In this document: one piece after another, positions 1 to 9,569 of the stretch
Layout: each line of letters opens with the position of its first letter
Numbering within the stretch: position 1 is the stretch's first letter
Assembly (NCBI GenBank): GCA_009787745.1
Contig: WQST01000002.1
Coordinates: 1-35,897 of the forward strand
Direction of reading: 5' to 3'
Length of the DNA: 35,897 nucleotides
From: Lachnospiraceae bacterium
GTDB taxonomy: Bacteria > Bacillota > Clostridia > Lachnospirales > Lachnospiraceae
Made by a program: the position numbers and the translations under genes
Notes under the pieces: model-generated
Told to the model about the DNA's origin: nothing
What the model saw: only the letters and a program-made list of their open reading frames with translations
Database searches by the model: none

Positions 1-773
1 AGACCCGAATCTCCATGCGGCCCGCCGATAACAAAACGTCCTGTCGGATTGATGAAAAATTTCGTTTCATCATCAATAAGTTCTGCCGGCAAAACTGTAT
101 CGAAAACATATTTCCTAATATCAGCATGAATTTGCTCCTGCGTAACATCAGGGTCATGCTGAGTCGATAAAACAACCGCCTCAAGGCGCAGGGGTTTACC
201 GTTTGCATCGTACTCGACACTAACCTGACTTTTCCCATCAGGGCGCAGGTATTTAAGGGTGCCGTTTTTACGTACTTCTGTTAACTTAAGTGCCAACTTA
301 TGTGCCAAAGAAATCGGGTACGGCATATATTCTTCGGTTTCATTCGACGCATATCCGAACATCATTCCCTGATCCCCTGCGCCAATCGCTTCTATCGCAG
401 CATCCGAATTCGCGGCATCCGAATTTTCCTGTTTCGCTTCCAAGGCTTTATTGACACCCATCGCAATATCGGTGCTTTGTTCATCAATCGCGACTAAAAC
501 GGCGCATACATTGCCGTCGAATCCATATTCTGATTTGTCGTAACCGATATCAATAACGGTATCGCGAACGATACGCGGAATATCAACATAAGCAGTCGTC
601 GTGATTTCGCCCATTACAATGACGAATCCCGTACAGGCGGCACATTCACAGGCGACCCGGCTCATCGGATCCTTGTCCATCAACGCATCAAGTATTGCGT
701 CGGATATCGCATCACACATTTTATCGGGATGCCCTTCTGTTACTGATTCTGATGTAAATAAGTATTTTTCCAT
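1..773 (-). CDS. metK: S-adenosylmethionine synthetase, N-terminal ~257 codons (3' end runs off the left edge)
   Basis: Minus-strand translation from ATG 773-771 reads [38 protein letters not shown]. At the window edge the same frame reads [18 protein letters not shown] (MetK GGPxGDxG motif). SD GAAGGAGGAAAGA lies directly upstream (774-786). Not in the ORF track because the frame is open to the edge. Confidence 0.93.
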   Translation of the reverse strand, partial: MEKYLFTSESVTEGHPDKMCDAISDAILDALMDKDPMSRVACECAACTGFVIVMGEITTTAYVDIPRIVRDTVIDIGYDKSEYGFDGNVCAVLVAIDEQSTDIAMGVNKALEAKQENSDAANSDAAIEAIGAGDQGMMFGYASNETEEYMPYPISLAHKLALKLTEVRKNGTLKYLRPDGKSQVSVEYDANGKPLRLEAVVLSTQHDPDVTQEQIHADIRKYVFDTVLPAELIDDETKFFINPTGRFVIGGPHGDSG

Positions 774-812
774 TCTTTCCTCCTTCTGATATGTTTAAAA
801 TTAACAAATTTT

Positions 813-3800
813 TCAACAATTGTCAAGACGTTTGATTATTGATTCCGCATAGTCATAGTTCATAATCATTAATGCATCTTTTAGTTTTTCGATATCATCA
901 AACAATGATTCCGAAATTTCCATCTCATTCAGTAAATCTATTTCTTCATAAACAGATGATATGTCCATACTGCTGATCGCTTCCGTTATTCTGGTCAAAC
1001 ATGCTTGAAGATTAGGTTCGATTACGACAGTTTTTTTATTTTTCCAATACTCATCGAATACATTTTTAAGCTCATGATAAAACAGCCTGAGTTCATCATT
1101 GAACTCCTTAAAATTCTGTTCACAGTAACCGATATTTTTTTCTCGGGAGGCATCTTCGAGCCGAAGTGCTGTTGCGGAAAGCTGTGATGCGCCCAAAAGC
1201 GCCAAGGTACCTTTCATACCATGAACTTCAATACAGAACTTCGCTAAGTCCTTCACCGCTAAAGCGTCAAGCATAATTTTTTCACTTTTCTCATACTCGA
1301 AAAGGAATATTTCCAACGTATTCTTATAAATATCAGACTGTCCGCCGGCTATATCAAGCCCTGTTTGGGCATGAAGCCCTTTAATATTGTGGACTTGTTC
1401 CCAGAATTTCTTATCCGCTTCATCGTTATCCGGGGGCTCTGAAACCGGAACCATGAGCGGCTCTTTATTCATTATTTTATCCGCGGGAAGCCATGCGCTG
1501 AGAACCCGATAAAGTTCTTCTTTATCAATCGGTTTCGATAAAAAGTCGTCCATCCCCGCAGATATTAATAATTCCCTTGCACCGTAGACGGCATTGGCCG
1601 TCAGGGCGATAATCGGGATTTTAACCCCCATATCGCGCAGCCTCTTCGTCGTTTCGATCCCATCCATTTCCGGCATCATATGATCCATAAAAACAAGATT
1701 ATATTCTTTGCCGGAAATCATATCCAAAGCAACCGCGCCTGACAATGCCCTGTCCGCCTTAATCTGACATTGATGAAGTAATCCGCATACGACATTAAGG
1801 TTCGTTTCGCGATCATCAACCACGAGAATTTCGGCTTTCGGAGCATAAATAATATTTGAAAACCCATCTTCTTTTTTTATCAAATCGACATTACCGAGAA
1901 CAAACGGCAATTCTATTTTGAATGATGAACCTTGACCATAGACGCTGTTAACCGAGATATGTCCGCCCATTAATTCAACCAAAGCTTTCGAAATCGCCAG
2001 CCCAAGCCCTGTCCCTTCCTCATATCGATTATTGCGGATATCCGCCTGCTCGAATGCGTCGAATAAGGCCGAAATATTTTTTTCCGGAATACCTGTACCC
2101 GTATCTGTTACGACAATTACCATCGTCGAATCTTGAATACGGAAACTTAAAACGACGCTGCCGACTTTGGTGAATTTAACCGCATTACTCAAAAGATTAA
2201 GAATTACCTGTCTTAAGCGAACATCATCACCATAAATGCAAGCAGGCATACTGTCACATAAATCCATTTTAAATGATAATTTTTTGTCTTTAATCAAAAA
2301 GCCAACCATTGAATTAAGGTTTTCAAACAATCCTTTAATATCATAATGAACAGGCGACAAAATAAGTTTCGCCGAATGAATCTTCGATAAATCTAAGATA
2401 TCATTAATGATATCAAGCAATGCCTTGGAGGAAATTTTGATGTCTTCCGCATAACGGTGCTGACGGATATTCAAATCTTCCGACAATAAAAGGTCGGACA
2501 TCCCGATAATCGCGTTCATGGGGGTTCTGATTTCATGCGACATATTCGCCAGGAATCTTGTTTTCGCATCATTTGATGCAACAGCGGCTTGTCTTTGAAT
2601 TTCTAAGTCACGCTGTTTTTCCATACCCTCCATAATCTTCTGTTCCGCGGCTTTGGCTTCGCGTAAGTCCCTTGTGTATGTGGCGACGACATATTCATTT
2701 CCGTACTTGACCCGAACGGCAACAATATTGGCGGGCATTTCCGTACCATCAAGCATTTTATATGTCCAATCAAAAACTACGCGCCCTTCTTTAAAACATC
2801 TTGAAACATATGCGTTGGCTTTTTCTACCGAATTCGTACCGTCAGGCTGATTGGTTGGATATAACTCATGTGAGCGTTCAATAAATTCCTGTTTGCTTTC
2901 TAAGTCAAATAGTCTCAGCGCTTCCTTATTACATTCAATTTTGTTCAAATTAGAATCCCACAATTGGCAGCAAAGAGGCGTCGAGTCCAGCATAATTTTG
3001 AAACGTTCATAAGAATAATGGTCGGCTTTTGCCATATTCCTGGTTCTATAATAAACAAATAGTATCAATACCAGTATCAGAGATACTAATAACGCGATGC
3101 CGAACGACCATGACCGTTGAGCAGCAACAACCTTAGCTTTATAATCGTATGATTTGAACATCCATTGATCGACGTATAGGTCAATATCAATAACTGACAA
3201 TGCCTTATCAACAATAGAGCGAAGGATTACTTGCTCTTTATTAAAAGCAAATGCCGCTTCGTAGTAGTGATTAAAGAGATAATTGAGTTTTAAATTTGAA
3301 TACTCGAAATAGTTTACATATAATATCAGTTTCGTTTTTGAAACCATGATAAAATCTGCTTTATCTTGTTGAAGCGCTAAAACGGCATCTTCCACTGTAT
3401 CGCAAACTATCGTATTAGCGGCATCCGGAAACCAAGTATTAAACTTTTCCATATGCGCTGTATTCTTAATTAAGGCGACTCTGGCATAGGGAATTTCCGT
3501 CAAGGTTATATTAGGGCATTCCGCTTTTGATAAAAGCGCGTATTGATCCGCCATAAGTTTCGTTTCCGCCCATAAATAATGCGGTTCACGTTCGGCTGAA
3601 TAAATCAGATCGGAAAACAGATGCGCCGTGCCGTCATTTAACATACCGATAAGTTCCGCCATTTCCGTTGTTTCAGAATTAACAACGTCAAAAGATAATC
3701 CTGTAATTCTTCCTACCTCATTGAGCAAATCAACCGTAATTCCGTCCCATTGCTTTTTATATTCGTCAAAAAAAATGATCGGGTAATTGAAGTACTGGAA

Positions 3801-4715
3801 TGCGACAGGAACCGTTTCGGTGCTATTAAGGTAAGCTCTTTCCTCATCATTAAGCATGTCAAGAAAAGCGACTTTTTGGTATTTTTCGTACCCCTGAATA
3901 TACAAATTATTAACATAATGGATCGCTCCATCCTTTAATGCTTTCGAAACGACCGAAATTATTGATTTAAACTCAGGGTTGGCGCTCGCCATCGAAACAG
4001 GTACAAATATCAAAGGGAAAAATTCTTCGCTATAAATATCGCCATATTTCTGAAAGAATCCCTCCGTCACCCCTTCGCTCAAAAAAGTGTCTATCTCTCC
4101 GCTTTCCAAAGCATTATAAATGCTGCCGAAATCGCTATACAGATAAATCTCATAAGACCCCGGCCTTAAATTTGCGATTACGTCTTCCATTATCGATACG
4201 CCTTCTAAAAACCCGATTTTCACCTGCCGTTGTTTTTCGATTTCAAAAAGCGGTTCACTACCTGCGATGCGGAAATGCTTGATCGGACGTACTGCTATAT
4301 TAGCGGACATAAAATACTTGCCTTGACGTTCTCCCAAAGGAGTAATATCGCCTGTAAAATCAAGTTCGCAACTATCAACTTTCGCGAAGAAATCATCATA
4401 CTGAACATACTCAGGCACAAAGGGGATTCCGATTAATGTCGAAAGCCACTCACAAAATAAAGCTGAAAAACCGTCTATCTCATCGTTAGAGTTCAAAAAT
4501 GCTTCCGAACCCAGGATCATCCCGTAAGACAAATAATCATACTTTTTCTGTAATGCTTCTATATCGGCTATTTCTTCATCTGTAACATCCTTTATATTAC
4601 GGTATGTTACTGCCGCATATGCATCTGCGTTACTGCTATTCGGTTTACAAGCCGTAAATGCACTTAAGACAATATTTACCAGCATCAAAAAAATGACGAT
4701 ACTCTTTTTTCTCAT
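813..4715 (-). CDS. Hybrid sensor histidine kinase with BvgS/EvgS-like architecture: lipoprotein-type signal, two extracytoplasmic solute-binding (Venus-flytrap-like) domains, TM, PAS, HisKA, HATPase_c, REC, HPt
   Basis: ORF track 813..4721. I prefer ATG 4715 (MRKKSIVIF) with GGAG 7 nt upstream. Motifs seen: LSAFTAC lipobox-like, TM WSFGIALLVSLILVLILFVYY, H-box SHEIRTPMNAIIGMSDLL, N-box LLSNAVKFT, G-boxes DTGTGI and GTGLGLAIS, receiver VVDD..FMDHMMPEMDG..LTANA, HPt HGMKGTLALLGA. Confidence 0.9.
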   Translation of the reverse strand: MRKKSIVIFLMLVNIVLSAFTACKPNSSNADAYAAVTYRNIKDVTDEEIADIEALQKKYDYLSYGMILGSEAFLNSNDEIDGFSALFCEWLSTLIGIPFVPEYVQYDDFFAKVDSCELDFTGDITPLGERQGKYFMSANIAVRPIKHFRIAGSEPLFEIEKQRQVKIGFLEGVSIMEDVIANLRPGSYEIYLYSDFGSIYNALESGEIDTFLSEGVTEGFFQKYGDIYSEEFFPLIFVPVSMASANPEFKSIISVVSKALKDGAIHYVNNLYIQGYEKYQKVAFLDMLNDEERAYLNSTETVPVAFQYFNYPIIFFDEYKKQWDGITVDLLNEVGRITGLSFDVVNSETTEMAELIGMLNDGTAHLFSDLIYSAEREPHYLWAETKLMADQYALLSKAECPNITLTEIPYARVALIKNTAHMEKFNTWFPDAANTIVCDTVEDAVLALQQDKADFIMVSKTKLILYVNYFEYSNLKLNYLFNHYYEAAFAFNKEQVILRSIVDKALSVIDIDLYVDQWMFKSYDYKAKVVAAQRSWSFGIALLVSLILVLILFVYYRTRNMAKADHYSYERFKIMLDSTPLCCQLWDSNLNKIECNKEALRLFDLESKQEFIERSHELYPTNQPDGTNSVEKANAYVSRCFKEGRVVFDWTYKMLDGTEMPANIVAVRVKYGNEYVVATYTRDLREAKAAEQKIMEGMEKQRDLEIQRQAAVASNDAKTRFLANMSHEIRTPMNAIIGMSDLLLSEDLNIRQHRYAEDIKISSKALLDIINDILDLSKIHSAKLILSPVHYDIKGLFENLNSMVGFLIKDKKLSFKMDLCDSMPACIYGDDVRLRQVILNLLSNAVKFTKVGSVVLSFRIQDSTMVIVVTDTGTGIPEKNISALFDAFEQADIRNNRYEEGTGLGLAISKALVELMGGHISVNSVYGQGSSFKIELPFVLGNVDLIKKEDGFSNIIYAPKAEILVVDDRETNLNVVCGLLHQCQIKADRALSGAVALDMISGKEYNLVFMDHMMPEMDGIETTKRLRDMGVKIPIIALTANAVYGARELLISAGMDDFLSKPIDKEELYRVLSAWLPADKIMNKEPLMVPVSEPPDNDEADKKFWEQVHNIKGLHAQTGLDIAGGQSDIYKNTLEIFLFEYEKSEKIMLDALAVKDLAKFCIEVHGMKGTLALLGASQLSATALRLEDASREKNIGYCEQNFKEFNDELRLFYHELKNVFDEYWKNKKTVVIEPNLQACLTRITEAISSMDISSVYEEIDLLNEMEISESLFDDIEKLKDALMIMNYDYAESIIKRLDNC

Positions 4716-4791
4716 TAACAATCTCCAAATCGCATAATATCCCCTTAATTTTACGCATATTAAAATACGCTGAGAAGATCAGCACGTTTAC

Positions 4792-4820
4792 ATTATAGAA
4801 TAGATATAATTTTTTTTCAA
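4792..4820 (-). promoter_or_regulatory. Sigma-70-type promoter for the hybrid kinase: TTGAAA-17 nt-TATAAT
   Basis: On the minus strand, -35 TTGAAA is at 4820-4815, the spacer is 17 nt, and -10 TATAAT is at 4797-4792, about 77 nt upstream of ATG 4715. Confidence 0.55.
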
Positions 4821-4837
4821 TATAAATTCGTGTTATC

Positions 4838-4866
4838 TCGACATAACCGGAAAATATCTATATAAT
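4838..4866 (+). promoter_or_regulatory. Sigma-70-type promoter for rmuC: TCGACA-17 nt-TATAAT
   Basis: -35 TCGACA is at 4838-4843, the spacer is 17 nt, and -10 TATAAT is at 4861-4866, about 50 nt upstream of ATG 4919. It is divergent from the kinase promoter. Confidence 0.5.
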
Positions 4867-4918
4867 ATAAATGATATTCGTCATTGACACACACAGAGAA
4901 AGAGAGAAAAGGCAAATC

Positions 4919-6208
4919 ATGGATTTAGTAATCATTGTTAACATAATAACATTTGTTCTTTTAGTAACCATTATTATTATTTTGCTAATAAACGGCAAAA
5001 AATCTCCGCTTGACGATGTGAAGCTTTTATATAAAGAGAGCAATGACGAACTGGTTAATATCGTCGCACAGAAATTGAGTGATGGTGCGACAGAGCAATT
5101 CAAACGTTTTGCGATCATCCAAGAAAGCGTCAATAAAACTTTAAAAGAGAATCGCGAAGAGACAAATAAGCAACTTAGAGATTTCAGCGGGCAAGTCGAT
5201 TCACGACTACTTCAAATCCAGCGCGGGAACGCCGAAAACATCGAAAAGCTTAATGCGACATTAGAGCATAAAATGAAATCGCTTCAAGAAAGCAACGAAA
5301 AGCGGCTTGAACAAATGCAGGGTGTCGTCGATGAAAAACTCCAAAAAACTTTGGAAACACGCCTTACGCAATCATTTGAACTGGTCAGCAAGCAACTGGA
5401 CAGCGTTCAGCAAGGACTAGGCGAAATGAAGAATCTGGCGGCGGATACGAAGAGTCTGAAAAACGCTTTGATTAACATAAAGGAACGCGGTACATACGGA
5501 GAAGTAAGGCTGGAAAAGTTACTCTCCGATATCTTGGCGCCTGGGCAATATGAAGCCAATGTCGAAATTGACAGTAATAAAAGAATTGAATTTGTCGTCA
5601 AACTGCCGGGCAATGGCGACGAACCGCTATTTTTACCGATTGACTCAAAATTCCCGATCGAGGACTATAACCGCTTATTGGATGCAGAGGATAAGCAGTC
5701 AATTGATGAAGCCCGTAAATCGCTGACGCAAAAGATTCGGGTTTTTGCTAAAGATATTTATGACAAATATATCGTTCCGCCGAAAACAACTGATTTCGCG
5801 CTGATGTTCTTACCGACGGAAGGGCTTTATGCGGAAGTGGTTCAAAACGCACCGCTTTTCGAAGAATTGCGGACTAAGTATAAAGTAACGGTTGTTGGCG
5901 TTACTACTTTATCGGCGTTTTTAAGTTCGTTGCAGATGGGCTTTAATACGCTGGCGATCGAGAAGCGCTCACAGGATGTCTGGAATACATTACGCGCGGT
6001 TAAATCGGAATTTATCAAATTCAGTTCGATGCTTGACCGAGCGCATAAGCAAATCCAAACAGCGGACAAAACATTGGAAGAAATCGTTGGGCGCAGAACA
6101 AGGGCAATTAATCGGACTTTGCGGACTGTTATAGAACTTAATGCGGATGAAGCACCGCTTTTGCTTGAAGCGTTGGATGCCGATGAGGAGATTGAGGGGA
6201 TGATATAA
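4919..6208 (+). CDS. rmuC: DNA recombination protein RmuC (N-terminal TM, long coiled coil, C-terminal PD-(D/E)xK-like RmuC domain)
   Basis: ORF track 4871..6208. I prefer ATG 4919 (MDLVIIVNIITFVLLV, a TM helix). There are long heptad-like QLRDF..LEQMQGVVDEKLQKTLE stretches. The RmuC-type core reads ERGTYGEVRLEKLLSDIL..FVVKLPG..LPIDSKFP..ALMFLPTEGLY. Confidence 0.85.
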   Translation: MDLVIIVNIITFVLLVTIIIILLINGKKSPLDDVKLLYKESNDELVNIVAQKLSDGATEQFKRFAIIQESVNKTLKENREETNKQLRDFSGQVDSRLLQIQRGNAENIEKLNATLEHKMKSLQESNEKRLEQMQGVVDEKLQKTLETRLTQSFELVSKQLDSVQQGLGEMKNLAADTKSLKNALINIKERGTYGEVRLEKLLSDILAPGQYEANVEIDSNKRIEFVVKLPGNGDEPLFLPIDSKFPIEDYNRLLDAEDKQSIDEARKSLTQKIRVFAKDIYDKYIVPPKTTDFALMFLPTEGLYAEVVQNAPLFEELRTKYKVTVVGVTTLSAFLSSLQMGFNTLAIEKRSQDVWNTLRAVKSEFIKFSSMLDRAHKQIQTADKTLEEIVGRRTRAINRTLRTVIELNADEAPLLLEALDADEEIEGMI

Positions 6209-6212
6209 AACC

Positions 6213-8417
6213 TTATCTAATCAAGGGTGACACTTCTCCCACTCCGTATACCCCTAAATAATGCAAAGCGCGGGTACTTGCGATATAAAGAAGCTTCTTG
6301 TCCTCATTACTATGATAATTATCGCCGTCGGCATCGCATATCAACACCGCATCAAATTCCAATCCTTTCGCCAGATAAACAGGGATTATGAAAACGCCGT
6401 TTAATTCAGCCGCGGCACCTTCCTTAATTAAATTAACCGCCGTCTTTTTATCCAGTTCATGATGAAGAATCCTCGCATTGGAAGCGGTTTTACAAATCAA
6501 TCCGACCGACTGATAACTGGCTTCGCGCAATTTTTCCACTTCTGCGGCAAGCATTAATACTAGTTCCGAATCTGATTCCGGCACATTAATTTGCGGTTCA
6601 GTTCCTTTCCGATTAAAACTTTTGACATCTAAGTCATGCGACAAAAACCGCGCGCTGAATTTAAGGATTTCATTAGTACACCTGAAACTTTTATCCATTG
6701 CCGCAAGTGATGATTTAGGTTTATCAAGAATTTCCTTTACTTGCGTGTATAGTGAAATATCTTCCTCTTTTTCCAGAGTCTGATTTATATCGCCCAAAAC
6801 CGTGTATTTCGCATTCCCGAATAACAGCTTAAACACTTTGTAATGAAGCGGATAATAATCCTGCGCTTCATCAATAACGACTTGGCGGATATCATTGTAT
6901 TTTTTGGTGCCGTGAATCCGTAAATGAAGATAGAAAAGGGCGGCGATATCATCATAATGAATTGTTTTTACCGCTAAGTTTTCGACCGTTTTCGCGATTA
7001 TTTCGGGGGATGTAACTTTACGCAACTCAGCTAAATAATGTTCGTCCGTAAACATATAGCGGTATAGTGCTTTTGCATCGAGATTTGTAAAACCATGTAA
7101 TTTACTTTTGATGCGATTAAACTCTTCATGATTTTTGTGAAGGCGATGAACACTTTGTAATGCCTCCGTGATGTATTCCTCGATTTGCTTAAGCTTCATT
7201 CCCAGCGGGATTCCCAACCCCGATGCGGTGATTTTCCGATGAATCTGGCTCGCGCTCATAATTCGTTGACCGCAATAGTCAATGTTGGTAATCCGCAAAT
7301 AGTTCGTCGGTATCTCCGTAATAAAGCGGTCAATTAAATCAGCGAAATAAACCGATGTTTTGAACTCAATTCTTGTTTTCATCACGCTATATTCTGAGAT
7401 ATTTTCCAATCCGACACATTCATCGTATCGCGGTAAATTTAACATTTTTTCTAAATACTGATCGCGTGTTTCGATTTTCTTACTATTAAGAACCTTACCC
7501 GCTATCTCTTCGAAAACCGCCGACACAACATTATCCTCGCCCAAATCGGGTAAAACTTTTGAGATATACTGCTCAAACAATGAGTTCGGGGAAATAATCA
7601 AAATGTTATGGGCAAATAAATGGTTGGCAAGTCCCTGATACATCAGATACGCCGCCCGGTGCAAAGCAATCGACGTCTTTCCGCTCCCCGCTACCCCCTG
7701 AACAATCATTAAATCATTTTCCATATCACGGATAACAATATCTTGTTCTTTTTGAATCGTTTCAACAATTGCTTTCATGCGGTTGGAGGTATTTTGTGAT
7801 AAAAGCTTTCGGAGAAATTCATCGATAATTTGCACGTCGGCATCGAAATAGTACTCCATCACACCATTCTTTATTTCATATTGGCGCTTAAATACCAGAT
7901 TGCCTTTAATCCGCCCGCCCGGCGCATCATAATACGCCTCCCCTACCGTAAAACGGTAAAAGACGCCCGCGATCGGCGACCGCCAATCATAGATATACAT
8001 TTCATGAGTTTTGGCATCTTTTAATGATGATCTGCCGATATAAATCTGCTCTTCTTGTTCATCCCCTGAATAATGAAAATCAATCCGCGCGAAATAAGGC
8101 GATTTAAGGGTATTTTCTAAACGAAGGATTTTATTTTCATTTTCGGAGAATTGAATCAGCTGATTATTGATCGGATCGGCATATTGGTTAAGCGCCGCCA
8201 ACGCTTCGAACGCCTCACTGCCCCAGAGGCTTCCGATCGTGTGGGGCGTGTTTTCGCGCATTTCTTTTTTGGCCGAAAGAATCGCCGACTTTATTTCATC
8301 ACCGCTCAAGCGGGTGCGGGAAAGTTCTTCCGCCGCAAAAGATAATGTCCGCGCAAGGTAATTATTTTCGTACTCGGTTGTATGTGAAATGTTATTCAAA
8401 TTAAAATATACTCCCAA
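6213..8417 (-). CDS. helD: HelD / helicase IV-type UvrD-like ATP-dependent DNA helicase (RNA-polymerase-associated class)
   Basis: 734-aa ORF. The N-terminal part is HelD-type (SPYFARIDFHYSGDEQEEQIYIGR, YDWRSPIAGVFY). Walker A is GVAGSGKTSIALHRA, DEAQD is at VVIDEAQDY, and the C-terminal UvrD_C-like segment is LAKGLEFDAVLI. The start is uncertain: TTG 8417 and TTG 8399 both have weak SDs. Confidence 0.85.
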   Translation of the reverse strand: MGVYFNLNNISHTTEYENNYLARTLSFAAEELSRTRLSGDEIKSAILSAKKEMRENTPHTIGSLWGSEAFEALAALNQYADPINNQLIQFSENENKILRLENTLKSPYFARIDFHYSGDEQEEQIYIGRSSLKDAKTHEMYIYDWRSPIAGVFYRFTVGEAYYDAPGGRIKGNLVFKRQYEIKNGVMEYYFDADVQIIDEFLRKLLSQNTSNRMKAIVETIQKEQDIVIRDMENDLMIVQGVAGSGKTSIALHRAAYLMYQGLANHLFAHNILIISPNSLFEQYISKVLPDLGEDNVVSAVFEEIAGKVLNSKKIETRDQYLEKMLNLPRYDECVGLENISEYSVMKTRIEFKTSVYFADLIDRFITEIPTNYLRITNIDYCGQRIMSASQIHRKITASGLGIPLGMKLKQIEEYITEALQSVHRLHKNHEEFNRIKSKLHGFTNLDAKALYRYMFTDEHYLAELRKVTSPEIIAKTVENLAVKTIHYDDIAALFYLHLRIHGTKKYNDIRQVVIDEAQDYYPLHYKVFKLLFGNAKYTVLGDINQTLEKEEDISLYTQVKEILDKPKSSLAAMDKSFRCTNEILKFSARFLSHDLDVKSFNRKGTEPQINVPESDSELVLMLAAEVEKLREASYQSVGLICKTASNARILHHELDKKTAVNLIKEGAAAELNGVFIIPVYLAKGLEFDAVLICDADGDNYHSNEDKKLLYIASTRALHYLGVYGVGEVSPLIR

Positions 8418-9303
8418 CTGCTTCTAATTTTTCATGTAAATCCGCACGGAAATTCGGCATGTTTGGCTCTAAGCTATTAATCACGACACCAAAACTTCCT
8501 TCTTTCGCTGTGGCGTGTATATATTGCCCCTTACCCAGATACATCGCGACATGCCCGGGGAAGTAAAGCAAATCTCCGGCGGCTACCATATTATTGGCGA
8601 TTTTTTTGAGCGGGTAATCATCCTTAAGCATGGAATCGCGGAAGATATATATGCCGTTTTCGAAGTAGCTCATAAAGGTCAAGCCTGAACAATCGATACC
8701 AAGCGGTGTTTTTCCGCCCCAACGGTATTGTGTCCCTAAATATGTTCGTGCGCTCATGACGATTGCATCACGCAGGGCAGCATTTTTTAGGGGCGGTTTC
8801 GGCATATAACGGGACGGGGGTTGGTTAGCTTTAATCGCTAAAGCGGCAAGCATCGTTTGCTTCTTTAGCATACAAGCCTGTGCATAACCTGCGGTTCCGT
8901 TATTAAGATAAAGCTTGACCCATCCGCCGGGTTCCGTCAGCGAATCTTTCGTCCTGATATAACTTCCCCGATAAAGTGTGATAAGCGGTCTTGACGATAC
9001 TCTCGGCTCACATAAAATGTCAACGCAGTTACGGTTTACGTAGAGGTTTTCGCCGTATTCTTCAATGTCTAAAAGAGTATCCATTACAATGAAATCGGTT
9101 AAATCGACATAGCCATAGTAGCCGTATTCTGTTGTTACCGCCGCACATTTATTAACCGGGACACTTTCTTCATCATTAATCCTGACAGTCCATCCATACA
9201 GAATTTCATCGGCGATTCCTGATTTCATATTCTTAGGCCCCAGGCAATAATCAGGTTCTTCATACAAAGGGGCGATAGCTTTATTGCATATTGCGTAACG
9301 CAT
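8401..9303 (-). CDS. Cytoplasmic SH3b-NlpC/P60 (C40) peptidase, YkfC-like gamma-D-Glu-diamino-acid endopeptidase type
   Basis: ORF track 8401..9354. I prefer ATG 9303 (MRYAICNK) with GGGAGAA upstream. There is no signal peptide. The catalytic core is GIDCSGLTFMSYF .. GDLLYFPGHVAMYLGKGQYIHAT. The stop overlaps the helD start region (8401-8417). Confidence 0.8.
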   Translation of the reverse strand: MRYAICNKAIAPLYEEPDYCLGPKNMKSGIADEILYGWTVRINDEESVPVNKCAAVTTEYGYYGYVDLTDFIVMDTLLDIEEYGENLYVNRNCVDILCEPRVSSRPLITLYRGSYIRTKDSLTEPGGWVKLYLNNGTAGYAQACMLKKQTMLAALAIKANQPPSRYMPKPPLKNAALRDAIVMSARTYLGTQYRWGGKTPLGIDCSGLTFMSYFENGIYIFRDSMLKDDYPLKKIANNMVAAGDLLYFPGHVAMYLGKGQYIHATAKEGSFGVVINSLEPNMPNFRADLHEKLEAVGSIF

Positions 9304-9490
9304 ATTTTCTCCCAAAATAATCTTTCGTATAAAATATGCGGGTCTAATATACAAAAATGCCTGAATCCGCTTATAACAGTATTAATAATAAGAAATTTCG
9401 GAGGTTTTTGCAAGAATAAATATGCGGGGTCAATTTTCAAGGTAAATGCAACTTTCACAAAATAAACGCAACCAAATCTTATTGAATTCA

Positions 9491-9540
9491 GATTTTCGAA
9501 AAAATTAAGTTGAGGAAAAGTACTCGATTTCGAAAAAATC
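9491..9540. promoter_or_regulatory. Two copies of a palindrome-containing motif GATTT(T)CGAAAAAAT, centres 34 bp apart (candidate operator pair)
   Basis: Site 1 is 9491-9505, with perfect 10-bp palindrome TTTTCGAAAA at 9493-9502. Site 2 is 9526-9539, with palindrome TTTCGAAA at 9528-9535. Further TTTCG/CGAAA cores are at about 9397, 9617, 9645 and 9665. Confidence 0.3.
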
Positions 9541-9569
9541 ATCGGTTTATGATGATTTTTTTGTATTTT
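9533..9569. terminator. AT-rich 11-bp hairpin flanked by an A-run and a T-run (weak bidirectional terminator-like or attenuator element)
   Basis: AAAAAATCATC (9533-9543), loop GGTTTAT, GATGATTTTTT (9551-9561), then TGTATTTTC. Only 3 G:C pairs, so stability is modest. It lies about 190 nt upstream of the ABC operon start. Confidence 0.3.

Noticed and set aside
774-812. Looked for an S-box/SAM riboswitch upstream of metK.
   Set aside because: Only 39 nt separate metK from the upstream stop codon, which is too short for any known SAM riboswitch. It is recorded as an absence rather than a feature.
4919-8417. RmuC (PD-(D/E)xK nuclease-like) next to a UvrD-like helicase, considered as a possible two-gene anti-phage defence pair.
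   Set aside because: The genes are convergent (stops at 6208 and 6213), so they do not form an operon. The helicase has the specific HelD N-terminal signature of the housekeeping RNA-polymerase-recycling factor, and RmuC is of standard length and layout.
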